Of a stretch of 64,000 nucleotides of DNA, positions 63,881 through 64,000 are shown piece by piece. The notes under the pieces are model-generated. The model was not told the origin of the DNA. It worked only from the letters and a program-made list of their open reading frames with translations, and did no database searches. Each line of letters opens with the position of its first letter. Positions within the stretch are counted from its first letter, which is position 1. This stretch comes from Okamejei kenojei. Lineage: Eukaryota. Both the position numbers and the translations under genes were made by a program. Location: assembly GCA_035221665.1 (NCBI GenBank), contig CM069162.1, positions 23,374,001-23,438,000 of the forward strand. Reading direction: 5' to 3'.

Positions 63881-64000
63881 CCTCAACAGAGGCCAGGTTT
63901 TTATTTACTGATATTTTCAAAACTGATTTCAAAATTAACGAACACCCCTGATGGGTTTTGGAAAGACCTCTGACAGGGCTGAGAATGATTTCATGCGAGT

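Noticed and set aside
32000-64000. PANK4 or HES5 exons expected from human synteny
   Set aside because: I could not find their recalled motifs on either strand. Poor sequence quality means absence is not proven.

Overview
Vertebrate genomic DNA, most likely a cartilaginous fish such as a skate or ray (inferred from the HE1/V-SINE-like SINEs, CR1 LINE tails and Penelope repeats). The first ~31.5 kb holds the 3' end of phospholipase C eta 2 (PLCH2) on the + strand. It comprises a 60-nt cassette exon (4763-4822), a large exon with two alternative donors (14633-14969/15581), a 30-nt stop-containing exon (17605-17634), a terminal coding exon (25632-27362) and a long 3' UTR. The terminal exon is broken by clustered indels close to an N-gap, probably sequencing errors. 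The rest is introns and intergenic DNA dense in CR1 and Rex1/Babar LINE fragments, tRNA-derived SINEs, Penelope-like remnants carrying minimal hammerhead-ribozyme motifs, Harbinger-type MITEs, one decayed KIAA1586-like hAT transposon and several minisatellites. From ~38.6 kb onward the sequence looks like poorly polished long-read consensus, so calls there are weaker. A few candidate minus-strand exons remain unidentified. I found no convincing wholly new system. The best leads are the PLCH2 splicing architecture, the hammerhead-bearing palindromic Penelope repeats and the candidate convergent transcript. All homologies are from recalled sequences, not database searches.
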